A stretch of DNA of 64,000 nt from Amoebidium appalachense (Eukaryota; Protista; Ichthyosporea): assembly GCA_963693365.1 (NCBI GenBank), contig CAVNZM010000004.1, forward strand, positions 1,671,449 to 1,735,448, read 5' to 3'. Shown in pieces: positions 23,668 through 41,106 of this stretch. The number at the start of each line of letters is the position of its first letter. Positions within the stretch are counted from its first letter, which is position 1. A program made the translations under genes and the position numbers. The notes under the pieces were generated by a model. It saw nothing but the letters and a program-made list of their open reading frames with translations, did no database searches and was not told the DNA's origin.

Positions 23668-24459
23668 AAAAGGCTGGGAGCAATAGGATGCATGAGAAAG
23701 AGTCTGAAATAAAGACATCCAAGTTAATTGGTGAGAGCTTACCTGCATTGGCATCATTGGCCTCGGGTTGAGAGGGCTGTGGGTGTTGAGGTGGGTGCTG
23801 GAAGGTTGCAGCAGGGCCGGACAGGTACACCCAGTGCCCTAATGATGAATACGTGATGGGTTAAAGTGGGCTCGTAAAGAACGCCAATGGTGTGTGTGTG
23901 TGTGTGTGTGAAGGTCGAGACACATCTACGAAGACGAATTAAGGAGGCAACGGTAGAGGCGGAGTATACAGACAGACACATTATACAGAGAAAAGGTACA
24001 GGGACCAGATACAAAGGGAAGTTGCATGCACCACCACAAGATACGGAAAAAAGATACAGGCACAAATGAATACATGTCACCCTCGTGTCTGTATTTTTCT
24101 TATAGGACATGCTCCAAACAAACAACAGCCCACATTTGCTTGCTCACAGCCTTATTTGGTAGATGACGACGTCATACAGCTCAAAGACGGGTTTGAAGGG
24201 AAGGTACAGACACGCGATACAGAGGAGAGTTACAGACCCCTCCCCCTCCCCCCCCCCCCCCCCCCCTACCCCTCCCCCCTCCGGGCATGAATAAGCACAT
24301 GGGGGCCTATGCATCCCATGTGTGAACCTGTGAATATGTGCATGCTTTCTTACGATGGGTTGTTCGGGTCCCCCCCCCCCCCCTTCCTCTTCCTTCGCCT
24401 CCCCCCCCCCCCCCCCCCCAAAAAAAAACAAAAAAAAAAACACTCTTCCGCCATTTCCT

Positions 24460-28765
<4,306 letters not shown>

Positions 28766-30111
28766 AAAGGCGAAGACGCCAAGACCATGAGAAACATTAG
28801 GAGCAAGGTTGAAGAGAAGGGGTCCATGCAAGGACGTGAGGGTAAGTCTAGGTTCTGGGGGAGGAAGGGACAGATGGGGAATGGGGGGAAGAGAAAGAGG
28901 AGAGGAAGAGGGGGGGGGGGGGGGGGGGGGGAGGGGGGGGGGGGGGGGGGGGGGGGTTGGGGCGTTGGTGCGCTGGCAAAATCAACACAAGAAGCAAAAA
29001 GCACCTGCACACAGCACGTGACATGCTGGTACGCGCAAACCCACCAAGCTGAAGAAACAAGAAACGAGATTTTTGTCTACTGCTGCTGTTTCTTGGCAAA
29101 AACAAACTCCACCTCAGCAAACGCCCACCCTCACACGTACTGACGGTGTGCACGCGCTGCGATGAACTTTACGTTCGCTGCAGGCGGGACACTCTCGCGA
29201 CCGCGTGCATGCTTTCTGTCGCGGCGCCTCGACGGTTCGATAGAGTCCAGTGTTCGCTGAATGTGTAAGGAAAAATAAGGAGCCATCTCAGTAGGTGGCA
29301 GGCCCACCCGACAAAGCTCTTCTTCATATTCGTTAGCAGGGCGCCAAAACCTCAGCCAATCAGAAGACTTATTTCTGGTCCTTGCCGTCCCACAATCAAG
29401 CTTTCGCATGACTTTGCCATGGACCCTACCCCCCCCTGTAGTCCGGATGATTCACCATTTTGTGGCGCTTCTCAGATGTTACCCTGTGGTCAAAAAATAC
29501 ATGTTACTTAAGCAAAAACTTAGTTTTGGTAGTCAAAAAAAACTCCCATATAATTTTTTTTTGGGTGTTTATGTCTATATTTTTCATGTTACTTAGAGAC
29601 GTTCGAGAGGTGGTGCGAGCTCCAAACAATGTGAATCAATCTGAAAACAATGTGAATCAATTCGCGACTTCGAGTCGCGACTCACATGAACGGCCGCGCC
29701 AGCCGGGGGGGCCACGTGATCCGACATACCATACTAATTAGTGACACGTGCAGCGTGCGAGGCCGGCATGTCATAGTGCCTGCCAAATGAATAGCGTATG
29801 TCTGTAGGTGTGTGTGTGCGCGCATGTGTGTGAGTGGGTGGGTGGGTGGGTGGGTGCCGGGTGGGTGGGTGTATGTGTGTGTGCGTGTGTGTGTGTGTGT
29901 GTGGCGGTGTGCACATGTGTGTAGGTGTGCGTGTGTGTGTGTGTGTGCGTGTGTGTGTGTGTGCGTGTGTGCGTGTGTGTCACGGTGTTCGGAGAACGTA
30001 TGTGTAAGTGTGTGTGTGTGTGTGCGACTATGATGTGTGTGTCAATATGGTGAACATTGTGTGTGGCACTGCGTGTGTGTGTGTGTGTACATGTGTGCAT
30101 GTGTGTGCACC

Positions 30112-30170
<59 letters not shown>

Positions 30171-30178
30171 TGTGTCAC

Positions 30179-30234
<56 letters not shown>

Positions 30235-30309
30235 ACATGTGTGTGTATGTACATGTGTGTGTGTGTGTATGTACATGTGTGTGTGTGTGTGTGGGCAACG
30301 GTGTGTGTG

Positions 30310-30345
<36 letters not shown>

Positions 30346-30449
30346 ATATGTGTGTGTATGTGTGTGTATGTGTGTGCACGGCCGGGTGTGTGTGTGTGTA
30401 CATGTATGTGTGTGTGTGTTTGCGTGTGTGTGTGTGTGTGTGCTGTGTG

Positions 30450-30531
<82 letters not shown>

Positions 30532-31231
30532 CAGTGGGTGTGTGTACATGTGTGTGTGTGTAACAGTGTGTTGTGTGTGTGTGTGTGTTCGGTGGTTACT
30601 GTCACGGTTGGGTGATGGCAGTAGCGGGTGTGCGTGTGTGTGTGGTCAAGCGGTTGTTGTTGTTGTTATTAGAGGGAGGGAGGGAGGGAGGGAGGGGAGG
30701 GGAGAGGAGGGGGAGGGGGGGGGAGGGGGGAGGAGGGGGGCAAACGTATGCGCATACTCAGCCAGGCGAGCTGCATGTTTTGCTGGTTCTTTCCCATGTA
30801 TTATATAGTGAACAAGTGTCCAAATCTGTAGATTGCCATAATAAATGGTCGGACATGCAGGTTTGCGTACACTTGCAATTTCACGTTCAAACGAAATTTT
30901 TATTCAATGATACAGTAACTCAGCTTGAAGCTCCTCAGGCTAAATGTCTAAACAAAGTTTCACATAGTGTTCCGAAAAATAACTGTGATACTGATACACT
31001 CTGATCTTAGCAACACAAGAATATATATTTACAGTAGTAGAAGACCACGAAATTTGAACTATTAAGTGTCTTACACTTGAAATTACAACAGTCCCTCTGA
31101 CGGTTTACTTGGGTATCATAGGCAATCCCCCCCCCCCCCCCCCCCTCCCGAGCCCCTCCCCCCCCCCCCCCCCCCACCACCACCACCATCATACACCACC
31201 ACCACACACGCACACACACACACACACAGGG

Positions 31232-31266
<35 letters not shown>

Positions 31267-31283
31267 TACACACACACACACGT

Positions 31284-31323
<40 letters not shown>

Positions 31324-32390
31324 CCCAAAAAAAAAGGGGGGGGGGGGGGTTGGGGGGTTGGGGGGGGAGGTGAAGAGAAGAACACAAGAAGAACTCTTTG
31401 GCAACAGCAAAGCCTGCAAGTGACGTGACTCTAACTTAACCAATCATTTCACACTGCGACCACCGTGTCTACTGAGGCTCGTAATCTGCCCAGTATTCAG
31501 GTGTTTTGATATCCTTGTTCGTGTGCCATATATCGAAGCAGGATTTGGCGTTTGCCAACTGGACTTGCGCCTGAACGTGTCTAGGCGCCTGTTTTCAATA
31601 TCGTCTGCTTTGAGTGTTATGTCTACTTGCTTGGAGTCAAAAATACGCCATTTCCCTGAGAGAGCGGTATCCTCTGTAGCCTCACTGTCTTCTGTACCAC
31701 TCTGTGTGCTATCGTCGGAAAAAATATTGTCAAAGAAATCCGAGTCAAGTGCCCCTGCTTCGAACCCCGCACCACTGCCATCACCAAGTTCCATGCCCCC
31801 GTCCATTCTTTGTGTGCATTGTAAGAGACACCAACTACTGGTATATATCAAGGAGAAGTGACAATATAGCGGTGCAATTCAATCACGGGTATGGGAAGAT
31901 GATCTACGTGCAGCTCTTTCAAGGGGCCACGGTGCGTTGCTTTGTTTACAAGAGCCAAAAAAGGCTACGTCTAAACACCATAGATGGTTTTCCTTTGTGT
32001 AACAACCAATGGTTTTCAGTCTTAAGCTTCGAGGGGTGTAAAGCATTGAAAGTTTAAACTGGTCGACCTTCATCTTTACTCAATAGATGAAACGCTGTTC
32101 AGAAGCTCATTATGAGGTAACATATTGCAAGGCAGCACACTTACATCAATCAGTCGATTGCAAGCATTGATCATTCTATGGGTCGTCGATATCCAACTTT
32201 GTGTGCCAGCACGCCCTCGCTGCGCCGCAAAGCCCATACCCAGCCGCGGGGCTTTGAAAACTATATATGTTTACTTCGCTCTTGCAAAGTTTCGACCCCA
32301 CCGGGTCATTTATACGGGAAAAAACCCTGTTTTTTGAAGGGGGGTTTGATTCATATTTAATGGGAATCACACCCTAATTGACCGATTTTC

Positions 32391-32735
32391 CTAAATTCCC
32401 GGGATACAAGATTGACTCACATTATCAAATTGCATTGGGGTACCGGGAGATGGGCACCGTGGGTCAGTCTCAGTGGCAGGCTCAGCATCTTTGCGGCCGT
32501 AGCAAGGTGTGCTAAGACTTTTGGGCAGCCAATGGAAATGGGATATGCAGGTAAGTGCTAATGCCCGTTGGTTGGTTCGCTGTCCTCTCAGGTTGAAGTA
32601 TGGGTTTCCTAGTACGGCATTCTGATTGGCTACAGTGGAACGGATAGGCCTGCATGGATAGGGGTGCATTGGTCTTGGCCTTAGGGCCATTGCCATAGTT
32701 CTGCACCCAGGCGAGTCCCACCCATCAGGGCATCC
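32391..32735 (-). mobile_element. Headless second copy of the tRNA-head element body with a longer 3' extension
   Basis: 32684-32735 matches 11066-11117 (GGGCCATTGCCATAG..CTGCACCCAGGCGAGTCCCA..TCAGGGCATCC). The extent of the extension is uncertain. Confidence 0.65.
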
Positions 32736-32765
32736 CTTATTTATGTAGCTTATAATAGGTTACTT

Positions 32766-32831
32766 AAAAGGGGCTGCCTGAGTAGATGTTAAACGTCGTC
32801 GCACGTGCGGCAACACGTCAGTACGTGTTAG
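32766..32831 (+). mobile_element. Right half of the 9-10-bp-TSD MITE family (copy 3, partial)
   Basis: AGTAGATGT..GTCGCACGTGCGGCAACACGTCAGTACGTGTTAG matches 10364-10410. Confidence 0.8.
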
Positions 32832-33363
32832 CCAGACACCCCAGATGCTTTTGGCCCGCTGCTTTAGTAAAACGTTGTTCCCTGTTAGTCTAAAAGCGTA
32901 AACAGCATGCAAGTATTTAGTTCACATTATGAGCTAATCTCACGATATCACACCACACTGGTGACGTAATTTCCCTATGAACTACTTCACGAAATCGATA
33001 GGGCCTCACACTGTTCGTCACCGTGGAGCTCGTTACCGTGCACGGCCGTACCCGGTGTGTGCTCAGTTGCACCGCGGTCCGCACGAAGAACCAGCATAGC
33101 AGGTGCATAGTTCATACTTAGTATCATTGTCTCCCTTTTTGGTAGACCGTACTAACCAAGGTTCACGTTTATAAGCGCACACCTGTGTTATCAGAGGTAA
33201 ACGTGCAAGTCACTTGTGTGTGTGGCAGAGATCTAGAGGGTCGTAGATCTGTCCCTTTTAAAACTATACCTGTTTGGGCTCTTTCCTGTCCTTTTGGCAC
33301 TATCCTTTCTTAGTTCTATCAGCGTTTCAATGCAGCAAGATCTCATGTGGAGCACAAATCACC

Positions 33364-35819
33364 ATGTCCGCACACGTATTTCAGTCTGAGGCCGTGGTGC
33401 TTTCTAGCTCCTCCTCAGAGAGTGTTACAGATTCAATCTCACGTGTTCCAGACATCCTTAACTCCAGACTACCTCGCAGCCCATGCGAACACGAGACATG
33501 CACGCGCACACTTCAAGACACCTTTTCATGGGGAGGAGTTGTGAAAACAAAGCCGTCTGTTCAGCCTCATACCCCCGACTTCTGCTATGTGGGGAAGACG
33601 TTGCTTCTGGTGCTATCTGGGTCTAGCGGCAGACGTGCCCTTCTCGAGAGCATACACAGCACAGGAGCACACATCGTGTGCTTTGCGTCAGGTGAAAACT
33701 GGGCGAAAGAGTACGTCAGTGAATGGATCGTAGGCTCAACATCAGATCTCCCCGGTGCTGTCTCCTCCGTAAGAAAGTGGGTGTCAAGGCGCGCAAGAGA
33801 ACGTGGCTTTTTTTTCAACGAGTCAGACCACGTTCCCAGTGACGATGTTGGTGTGTTGGGCCCACGGGTGCACGGCGTAGATGGAGTTTTGTGCTATGAT
33901 GAGTTTGGGCTTGTTACAGCTTCCCTTATAGCCAAGGAACTGGGCTTGCCGTTCATTTCACACGACACCGTCAACAGTATACGAAACAAATACGCCTTTA
34001 GACAAACTTGCTTGCGTAATGGCGTTCCTACACCCCGCTTTCTCTATCTTGGGGAGGTGCTTGCAACTGGAGATCTTGCTCTGCTTGCACGTCAAGTGAA
34101 AAAGGCAGGGTTGAGGTTTCCCTTGGTCGTAAAACCCACAAATGGGGCCGGAAGTTTTTTCGTCACCCGGGCACAGAACTTTGAGGAGTTGTGTGGGGCC
34201 ATTGAGGTCTATAGAGTGCAGGCACGGGAGTTTTTGGTGTCGACGTGGGGTATGCGGCCGGAGGAGGCAGATGGTCTCTATGCTGAAGGTGTGTGATTGT
34301 ACTGAGGAAGGAGGGGTGGGGACAGGGAGGTTGGGTCCTGGAGTGAGGTGGGGTGGGGTGGGGGAGGGGGTGTGGGGGGGGGGGGGGGGGGGAGGGAGGG
34401 CAAAGCGGTGAGGGTTAAGGGGGGAAGGAAGGGGGAGGGCTATTGCTTAGGAGGAAGAACGTGGGTGGACGCAGTTTGGACCAGGGCAAGGTGTTGTATA
34501 CTTGGGGAAGGGGGGGGTGGAGGTGGGGGTGGGGGTGGGGGGGGGGGGAGGTGGGGTAAGAATGTGTTCCCGTGCTAGAACACAAAACAAACATGACGGG
34601 GGGGGGAGGGGGGGGGGAGGGGAAGAGAGAGGGGGGAGGGGGGATTTGTTTGTACTTCGAAAGGGATGGGCAAGTCCCGTGGGTGGCGGCTGTAATGGTG
34701 GTGGTGGTTGGGGGGGGGGGGGGGGGGGGGGGGGGGAGGGAAGGAGCGGAGGGGCGGAGGGAGAAAGAGGGGGGGGGGGGGGGGGGGGAGAACAGAGGGG
34801 AAAGAGATGAATGATTATTGTGATATAGAATGCATTTCAATGAGTGTGTATGTGAGTCTATAGGAGATGGCCGGGGCATGACGGGTGGCACAGGTTGGGG
34901 ATTAGGGTTCTGTCCGGTTCTCGTGGGAATTTTCTGTAGTTCCCGTCTCTTCCCCCCCCTCCCCCCCCCCCCCCCCCCCCCCCTCCCTGCCCCGGTGCCT
35001 GCCACAGAAACCATATCTCTTTGGCCCGTTCTTCGAATTTGCCTCGTCCTTCAATTTCCCTCCCCTCTCTTCACACATACACATTCATTCACTTGTTTGT
35101 TCGTTTGGTTTGTTTGCCCTCGGGGAGGGGGAAGGGGGCACAGTCAATGGTTTGCTGGTTACTGTCGGGACCTGGGCTCAAGAAACTAAAGAGAGGGGAG
35201 TTTCCTGTGTGGGAGTTTGGGGGGGGGGGGATGGCTAGGTGGTTAATTCATGGGCAGGGCAAGGCCTTATCATTCTTGTGTGGATACTTGTATCAGCTTT
35301 TAAGGAAGGGGGTTTGGGGTTTGGTGCAGAGAGTGAAAGGACGTCAGGAAGAAGGGCACAGGCCGGGGCAGGCCGGGGGGGGGGGGGGGGGGGGGGGGGG
35401 GGTTGGAGGGGGTTGAAGGGGGTGGATGGGTTCGGAGAAAGAGCCGAAAGGTGCTGACGTTGAATTCTTTGCAGAGCTCATCACAGGTACAGAGGTCGAC
35501 ATCGACTGTGTCGTCCAGAACGGAGAGGTCCTATTCCACTCCATTAACGACAACAGACCCCCCACACCCCCCTATTTCATGGAGCAAGGGGGGGTTTGTC
35601 CCTCGGCGCTCCCAAATTTCGAGCAGAATGCTCTTGTATGCCTTTTGAAAGATGTAGTTTCTATGTTTGGTAAGCAGCTAACGGGGTGTTTCCATTTTGA
35701 GGCCATGGTTGGCCCGGACGGTGCCGTACCGATTGAGCTGAATCTGAGGATTGGAGGCGCAGAGACGTTCACTATGGTCAAGACTGCATACGGGGTAAAT
35801 ATTCATCCCCCCCCCCTCC

Positions 35820-35850
<31 letters not shown>

Positions 35851-36183
35851 ACCCCTCCCCCCCCCCCCCCCCCCCCCCCCCCCCCTATGCATGCATAATG
35901 CTGTTGAGCTTTTTGTTTGTTGCAGATGGTTAATTATCTTAAGTCACTTTATGGCTGTGGATTTTTTTGCTTTGTAAGTGTGATGCCCGCCAACACTCCC
36001 CCTCCCCCCCCAGCACATACACACGTTCTCTGTGCACCACAACCTTTTTAGCTGTTTCCCTTAACGACCATTGCCATCTTTCCTTTCTTTCAAACCTTCA
36101 CCCATTCATCCTTTACCTCTTATAACTTGGCGACCCTGGGCTGTGCATTTTTGATCCCTTGCCTTCGTGACCCATCCCCCGCT

Positions 36184-36214
<31 letters not shown>

Positions 36215-36851
36215 AAAAAGAAAAAACACACACACTTACACACAGACACTGGGGCGCCGCACGTACACACACACACACACTCTCTCTCTCTCTCTCCCCC
36301 CCTCCCTCACCCCCCTCTCTCTCTGTGTGTGTGTGTGTCTTTCTCTCCTGCGCACTCTGTGTGTGCATGTCCTTTTTCTATGTGCATTACATTATCTGCT
36401 GTGTGTTTATTCTTTCTCCCCCCTCCCTCACCCCCCTCTCTCTGTGTGTGTGTGTGTGTCTTTCTCTCCTGCGCACTCTGTGTGTGCATGTCCTTTTTCT
36501 ATGTGCATTACATTATCTGCTGTGTGTTTATTCTCGTACTGTGTAGCTAATTCCAGTCCCCCCTTCCCCCATCACTTTTGCCCTTGAACTGGCCGCTTAT
36601 TTCGTCCACATGCTTTTCCTCGTCCTTGAACGTTCTGGGTGGTTTAATGTCTCCTCTTTCTCCCCCCCCCCCCCCCCCCCCCCTCGACCATCGACAGGCC
36701 GTTTTTTTTTTTTTTTTTTTTTTTTGGGGGGGGGGGGGGGGGAGGTACAGTGTTCGAGTGTATGTCTGAAATAGTGGAGTTGTGGTGTTTTTTCCTTCCC
36801 GCTTCCCATGGGTGTGATCCATCTTACCCAATAACCTATTTCAATTTGCTC

Positions 36852-36896
<45 letters not shown>

Positions 36897-37354
36897 GTAC
36901 ACACGTACACACACACGTACACACGTACACACGTACACACACACACACGTACACACAAACCCACCCACCCCACACACCCACACACCACACCTATAAACAC
37001 AAATCGCAACAGGTGAATTTGGGTGTTCAAGCCGTTAACCTCGCCCTTGGCTTTCCCCTCTCTCGGAGCCACTTCCCCCAGCAACTCATCCAACACACAA
37101 CGAGCATCAATTTCGTTCCTTCGTGGGAGGGGGCAGGACGAATTGCGGTGCAAGAGGTAGATGAAGCAGTTTATTCCGATCCCGATTACGCAACTATGCA
37201 GCTGTATTATAAGGTCGGCGATGTGATTCGCTGCCCGCCGGATGGTTTTCAGTATCTTGGGTGGATGGTGGCAAAGGGGGCAACGAAGGAGGAAGCGGAG
37301 GAAAATTTGCGGAGGTTGGTAGGTGGGGTGAGGGTTGTGATGGAATCGCCTTGA
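33364..37354 (+). CDS. ATP-grasp ligase, carnosine-synthase/L-amino-acid-ligase-like (~528 aa); exons 33364-34288, 35475-35794, 37013-37354
   Basis: GT-AG introns give a continuous frame with DGVLCYDE, IRNKYAFR, FPLVVKPTNGAGSFFV, YAEELITGTEVDID, HFEAM..DGAVPIELNLRIGG and a C-terminal YLGWMVAKG. Confidence 0.9.
36296..36534. repeat. ~122-bp intronic tandem duplication
   Basis: CTTTCTCTCCTGCGCACTCTG...CTGCTGTGTGTTTATTCT occurs twice. Confidence 0.9.
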
Positions 37355-37474
37355 GAATGTTTGGCAAAGGGTGGGTGGGTGGGTGAGGAGAGGAGTGTGT
37401 ATGTATGTGGGGGGTGTACGGGGAATCCTGTTGTGTTGTACACCAGAGTGTGATTTTGGTGGGTGGGTGTGTGT

Positions 37475-37539
<65 letters not shown>

Positions 37540-40500
37540 TGTCGAACAGGATAGCCATCCGGTATGCCCTGCGTTAGCGTAGCACTAGTGATCGGGAATA
37601 TTCGAGATATTCGGGATAAACTGGTGGATAGGTTCACGATAGATCAGGATAGATCTAGAGGAGTCTAGAAGATTCTGTTGGAGTGTTCTGATTGGTAGCG
37701 ACTAGATCCATAGCGGCGGGTAGACCAATCGGGAATAGTATGTAACATTCCAGTGAGCCAGACCACAAGTATATAAAGGTCCCGGTGGGCCAGTCAATGT
37801 AAGTCAGCAAATAATAAAGTCTCACAGAGAAACCTCTAAGTTACGGTTACGGACCCAGTACAACGCTACGATCAAGCGACTGTTGAGACAAGATGGGAAG
37901 AGCAAAATGTCCAGTTCCCATGTATGAAGGAGAAGGCAAGGGCAAAATCTCCTACTCAATGTGGGCCATGCGCATGAAGTGCTTCCTCGAGGGCGAGGAA
38001 TTATGGTACACGATTGAAGACGTGGCTCCTGAAGTGATAGGAGAGGACGGCGAACCGGTGGAGCAACCTCCGGTGGAGATCGACCCCTTGGATCAGAAGA
38101 AGGCGACTTCCTACCTGGTGGAGACACTAGGTGATGTACCTGCAAGCCTGTGTCGGCGAGCTATTGCCGTAGGAAATCCCAAGGACATATGGGATACGGT
38201 AGCATCATACGCTGCGCGCAACACAGATGAGCACAAGAGAATGTTGATTCAACAGTTCTGGCGTGCTGATATGATGCCGACGGAAAGCGTGCTGGAGTAT
38301 GCGGCCCGCCTGGAGTGCATTGTGCAGGATCTTCTTCATATCGATCCCAATGGAGTTAGTGAGGACATGGTTGCCGAGAAATTCCTGGACGGTGTAGGCG
38401 CTGACGACCGATTCCGCACCGACGTTAGGACCATTCAAGCTTTACCAGCAGCTGAGAAGACAATGGAAAAGATAATCGCCAAGCTGCGTGGTTTTGAGGA
38501 GAACGAGGCTGCAAGGGAACAGCAGCGGGTGATGATGACCAGCACCCAATGGCGCGGCGGTACGCCACGACAGGACACCGGCAAGCCGCGCGTGACTGAC
38601 ATATCCAAGGTGGAGTGTTACAAATGTCACAAGTTTGGGCACTACAAGTCACAGTGTCCAAAGAAGAAGAAGGGCGGCAATCGCGGCGACAAGGCGAAGC
38701 AGAACGGAGCTTCCAAGGAGATACTCGCCATGGCGGTAAACAGCGGACTCCCTTCTTCAACTGAGTGGTATTGGGACTGCGGCGCAACCTCCCATGTCAC
38801 ATGCCGAAAGGACTGGATGGAAGACTTCCGGTCGATCACACCCAAACCCGTCGCTCTGGGTAACACCCCGGGTGTGATGGCGCTAGGAATAGGCGTCGTA
38901 AGATTAACAAGTGAGTTCCAGGGCAACAGCATGACATTTAGACTGCAGAATGTGCTGTACGTGCCAGCATTTGGAACTAACGTGATGTCGGCTTCAAGCG
39001 CCGGCAAGCACGGGTTAAGAATCATCACCGACGGTCGACAGTGTACGATTGAGAGTGCCACAGATGGCCAAGTTGTGGCCCGTGGGGTAGTGGAGGGAGG
39101 CCTGTATCGTCTCCTAGTGAAACCCGTATGTGAGAGCGTGAACATGGTGACCACTGCAGTCGGCGGCAGTGGGGGTAACACCGTGTGTGAGCCGGTAAAG
39201 GGCAGCGCCAGTTTATGGCACCGGCGGTTTGGTCATGTGGCAATAAACACGCTACAGAAGATGGTTAAAGAAAACATCGTCGAGGGTCTGTGCATCGACT
39301 GCAAAACCCAGGATGACGGTGTGTGCGAGGGATGCGCGAGAGGGAAGCAAGCCCGGCTCTCTTTCAGTAAGCTACCCCGCAAGACAGCGCCAGCGAAGCT
39401 CGACAGAGTTCATTCTGATGTGGCAGGACCGTTCAACAAGGAGTCGCTGCAAGGTTCCAAGTATTATGTCACCTTCATCGACGACAAGACAAGGTTCACT
39501 ACGGTGTACTTCATGAAACATAAATCCCAAGTGCATACTTACTTCAAGAAGTACAAGGCACACGTAGAGAAGCAACACGGTGCCAGCATCAAGATTCTGC
39601 GTTCCGACAACGGGGGTGAGTACACCTCCACTGAGTTCAAGTCGTTCCTGGAAGCGTGCGGCATTGAACATGAGGCGACAGTCCCACACACCAGAGCAGA
39701 ATGGTGTAGCAGAGAGGGCTAACAGGACCATTGTCGAGACGGCGCGCTGCATGCTGCAGTCAGCAGGCATGAGTATGGGGTTCTGGCAGCTAGCAGTACA
39801 GGCAGCTGTGTACATCAAGAACCTGACGCCAACCACAGTACTGGGTGGCATGACACCTTGGGAGGCATGGTATGGAGAGAAGCCCGATGTTAGCCATCTA
39901 CGTGTATTTGGTAGCAAGGCATTTGTCCATGTGCCGAAGGACGAGCGCAGGAAGCTAGACGCCAAGAGTCGGGAGTGTAAATTCGTCGGCTACACAGGTG
40001 ACAGCAAGACGTACTTGTTGTGGGACACCGAGGCGCGCAAGACTATCGTCGGGCGAGATGTGGTGATCGATGAATCATGCACCCCAAAGGCCGGTATTCC
40101 GGTGGTGCAAGATGAGCCAATGGAATTGCTGATGCATAAGCCAATCGGAAATCAGCAGAGCATGGAATCGAGGAATCCAATCAGCGTCAAGAAGCAACAT
40201 TCCTTTCGGAAGCCTGCAATCGGCACTGACAGTGGATATGATTCAGATGCTATCGGCGACGGCGCGGGCGAGGACAGCGGCGATTCGGACGCGGCAGGGT
40301 CAGGAGACGAGGAAGATAGTGCAGAGTTGCAGGTTGCAACCAGAAGTGCCTATCCGTCTATGACTACAAGGCGCGGTGGGACCTACGGCATCAACGCAGG
40401 TGTAGTAGAGTACCGCGACAGTATCAGCATGGCAATTGAGAGTGCTGATAGCAATGAGGATGACCCTGTGACACTGGAAGAAGCAATCTCCAGGCCAGCA

Positions 40501-41106
40501 TCAAACACATCGACGTTCAGTACCACTACACCCGTGAGTGTGTGGAGAATGGGGATGTAGAACTTGTGTATTGCAGCACGAACAGTAACGTGGCCGACAT
40601 GTGCACCAAAGCTTTAGGGAGACTTAAGTTAGTGCAGCATCGGCAGGCCATCGGCATGGCTGAGTAAGAACTACAATTAGTGTAGTGTTAATGTTCGTGT
40701 AGTAGGTGTTATATGTGTTAGTATAGTAGCATAGTTTTAGAGTTGCATCTTAGGTTTAGGTTGCATGCGGTAGATAGATAGAACACAGTGCAAGTGGGGG
40801 TGTCGAACAGGATAGCCATCCGGTATGCCCTGCGATAGCGTAGCACTAGTGATCGGGAATATTCGAGATATTCGGGATAAACTGGTGGATAGGTTCACGA
40901 TAGATCAGGATAGATCTAGAGGAGTCTAGAAGATTCTGTTGGAGTGTTCTGATTGGTAGCGACTAGATCCATAGCGGCGGGTAGACCAATCGGGAATAGT
41001 ATGTAACATTCCAGTGAGCCAGACCACAAGTATATAAAGGTCCCGGTGGGCCAGTCAATGTAAGTCAGCAAATAATAAAGTCTCACAGAGAAACCTCTAA
41101 GTTACA
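37540..41106 (+). mobile_element. Ty1/copia LTR retrotransposon, young, with an internal deletion of RT
   Basis: LTRs 37540-37844 and 40801-41106 differ at one visible substitution (37574 T / 40835 A) plus the terminal base. 5-bp TSD GGGGA. PBS GGTTACGGACCCAG at 37845-37858. PPT AAGTGGGGG before the 3' LTR. Confidence 0.97.
37893..40667 (+). pseudogene. Copia gag-protease-integrase with a frameshift, fused out of frame to the RNase H C-terminus
   Basis: Gag YSMWAMRM, knuckle CYKCHKFGHYKSQC, protease WDCGATSH, integrase LWHRRFGH/CEGC/HSDVAGP/RSDNGGEY. Frameshift at ~39690 (VPHT/PEQNG). After DPVTLEEAISRP the sequence jumps to KHIDVQYHYTRE..NVADMCTKAL..*. Confidence 0.93.

Larger units (their letters stand above)
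18759..23825 (-). pseudogene. Fragmentary multi-exon gene of unknown function
   Basis: AG/GT-bounded blocks: ~23743-23825 (..QPSQPEANDANA), ~20879-20996 (HAPNKQQPTFDCSQPYLVDDDVIQLIDGFEALDLDNAK), ~20288-20321 (ELEKSLEQILR), ~19448-19543 (ERKVLLDSHKEAGTVLLVSATGERLTRSTMNK) and ~18759-18840. A continuous reading frame could not be confirmed. Confidence 0.35.

Noticed and set aside
29131-32370. Minus-strand ORFs 29131-29409 and 31444-31851 as a gene
   Set aside because: Coding-like, but with no recognisable motif, nearby stops and no consistent exon chain.
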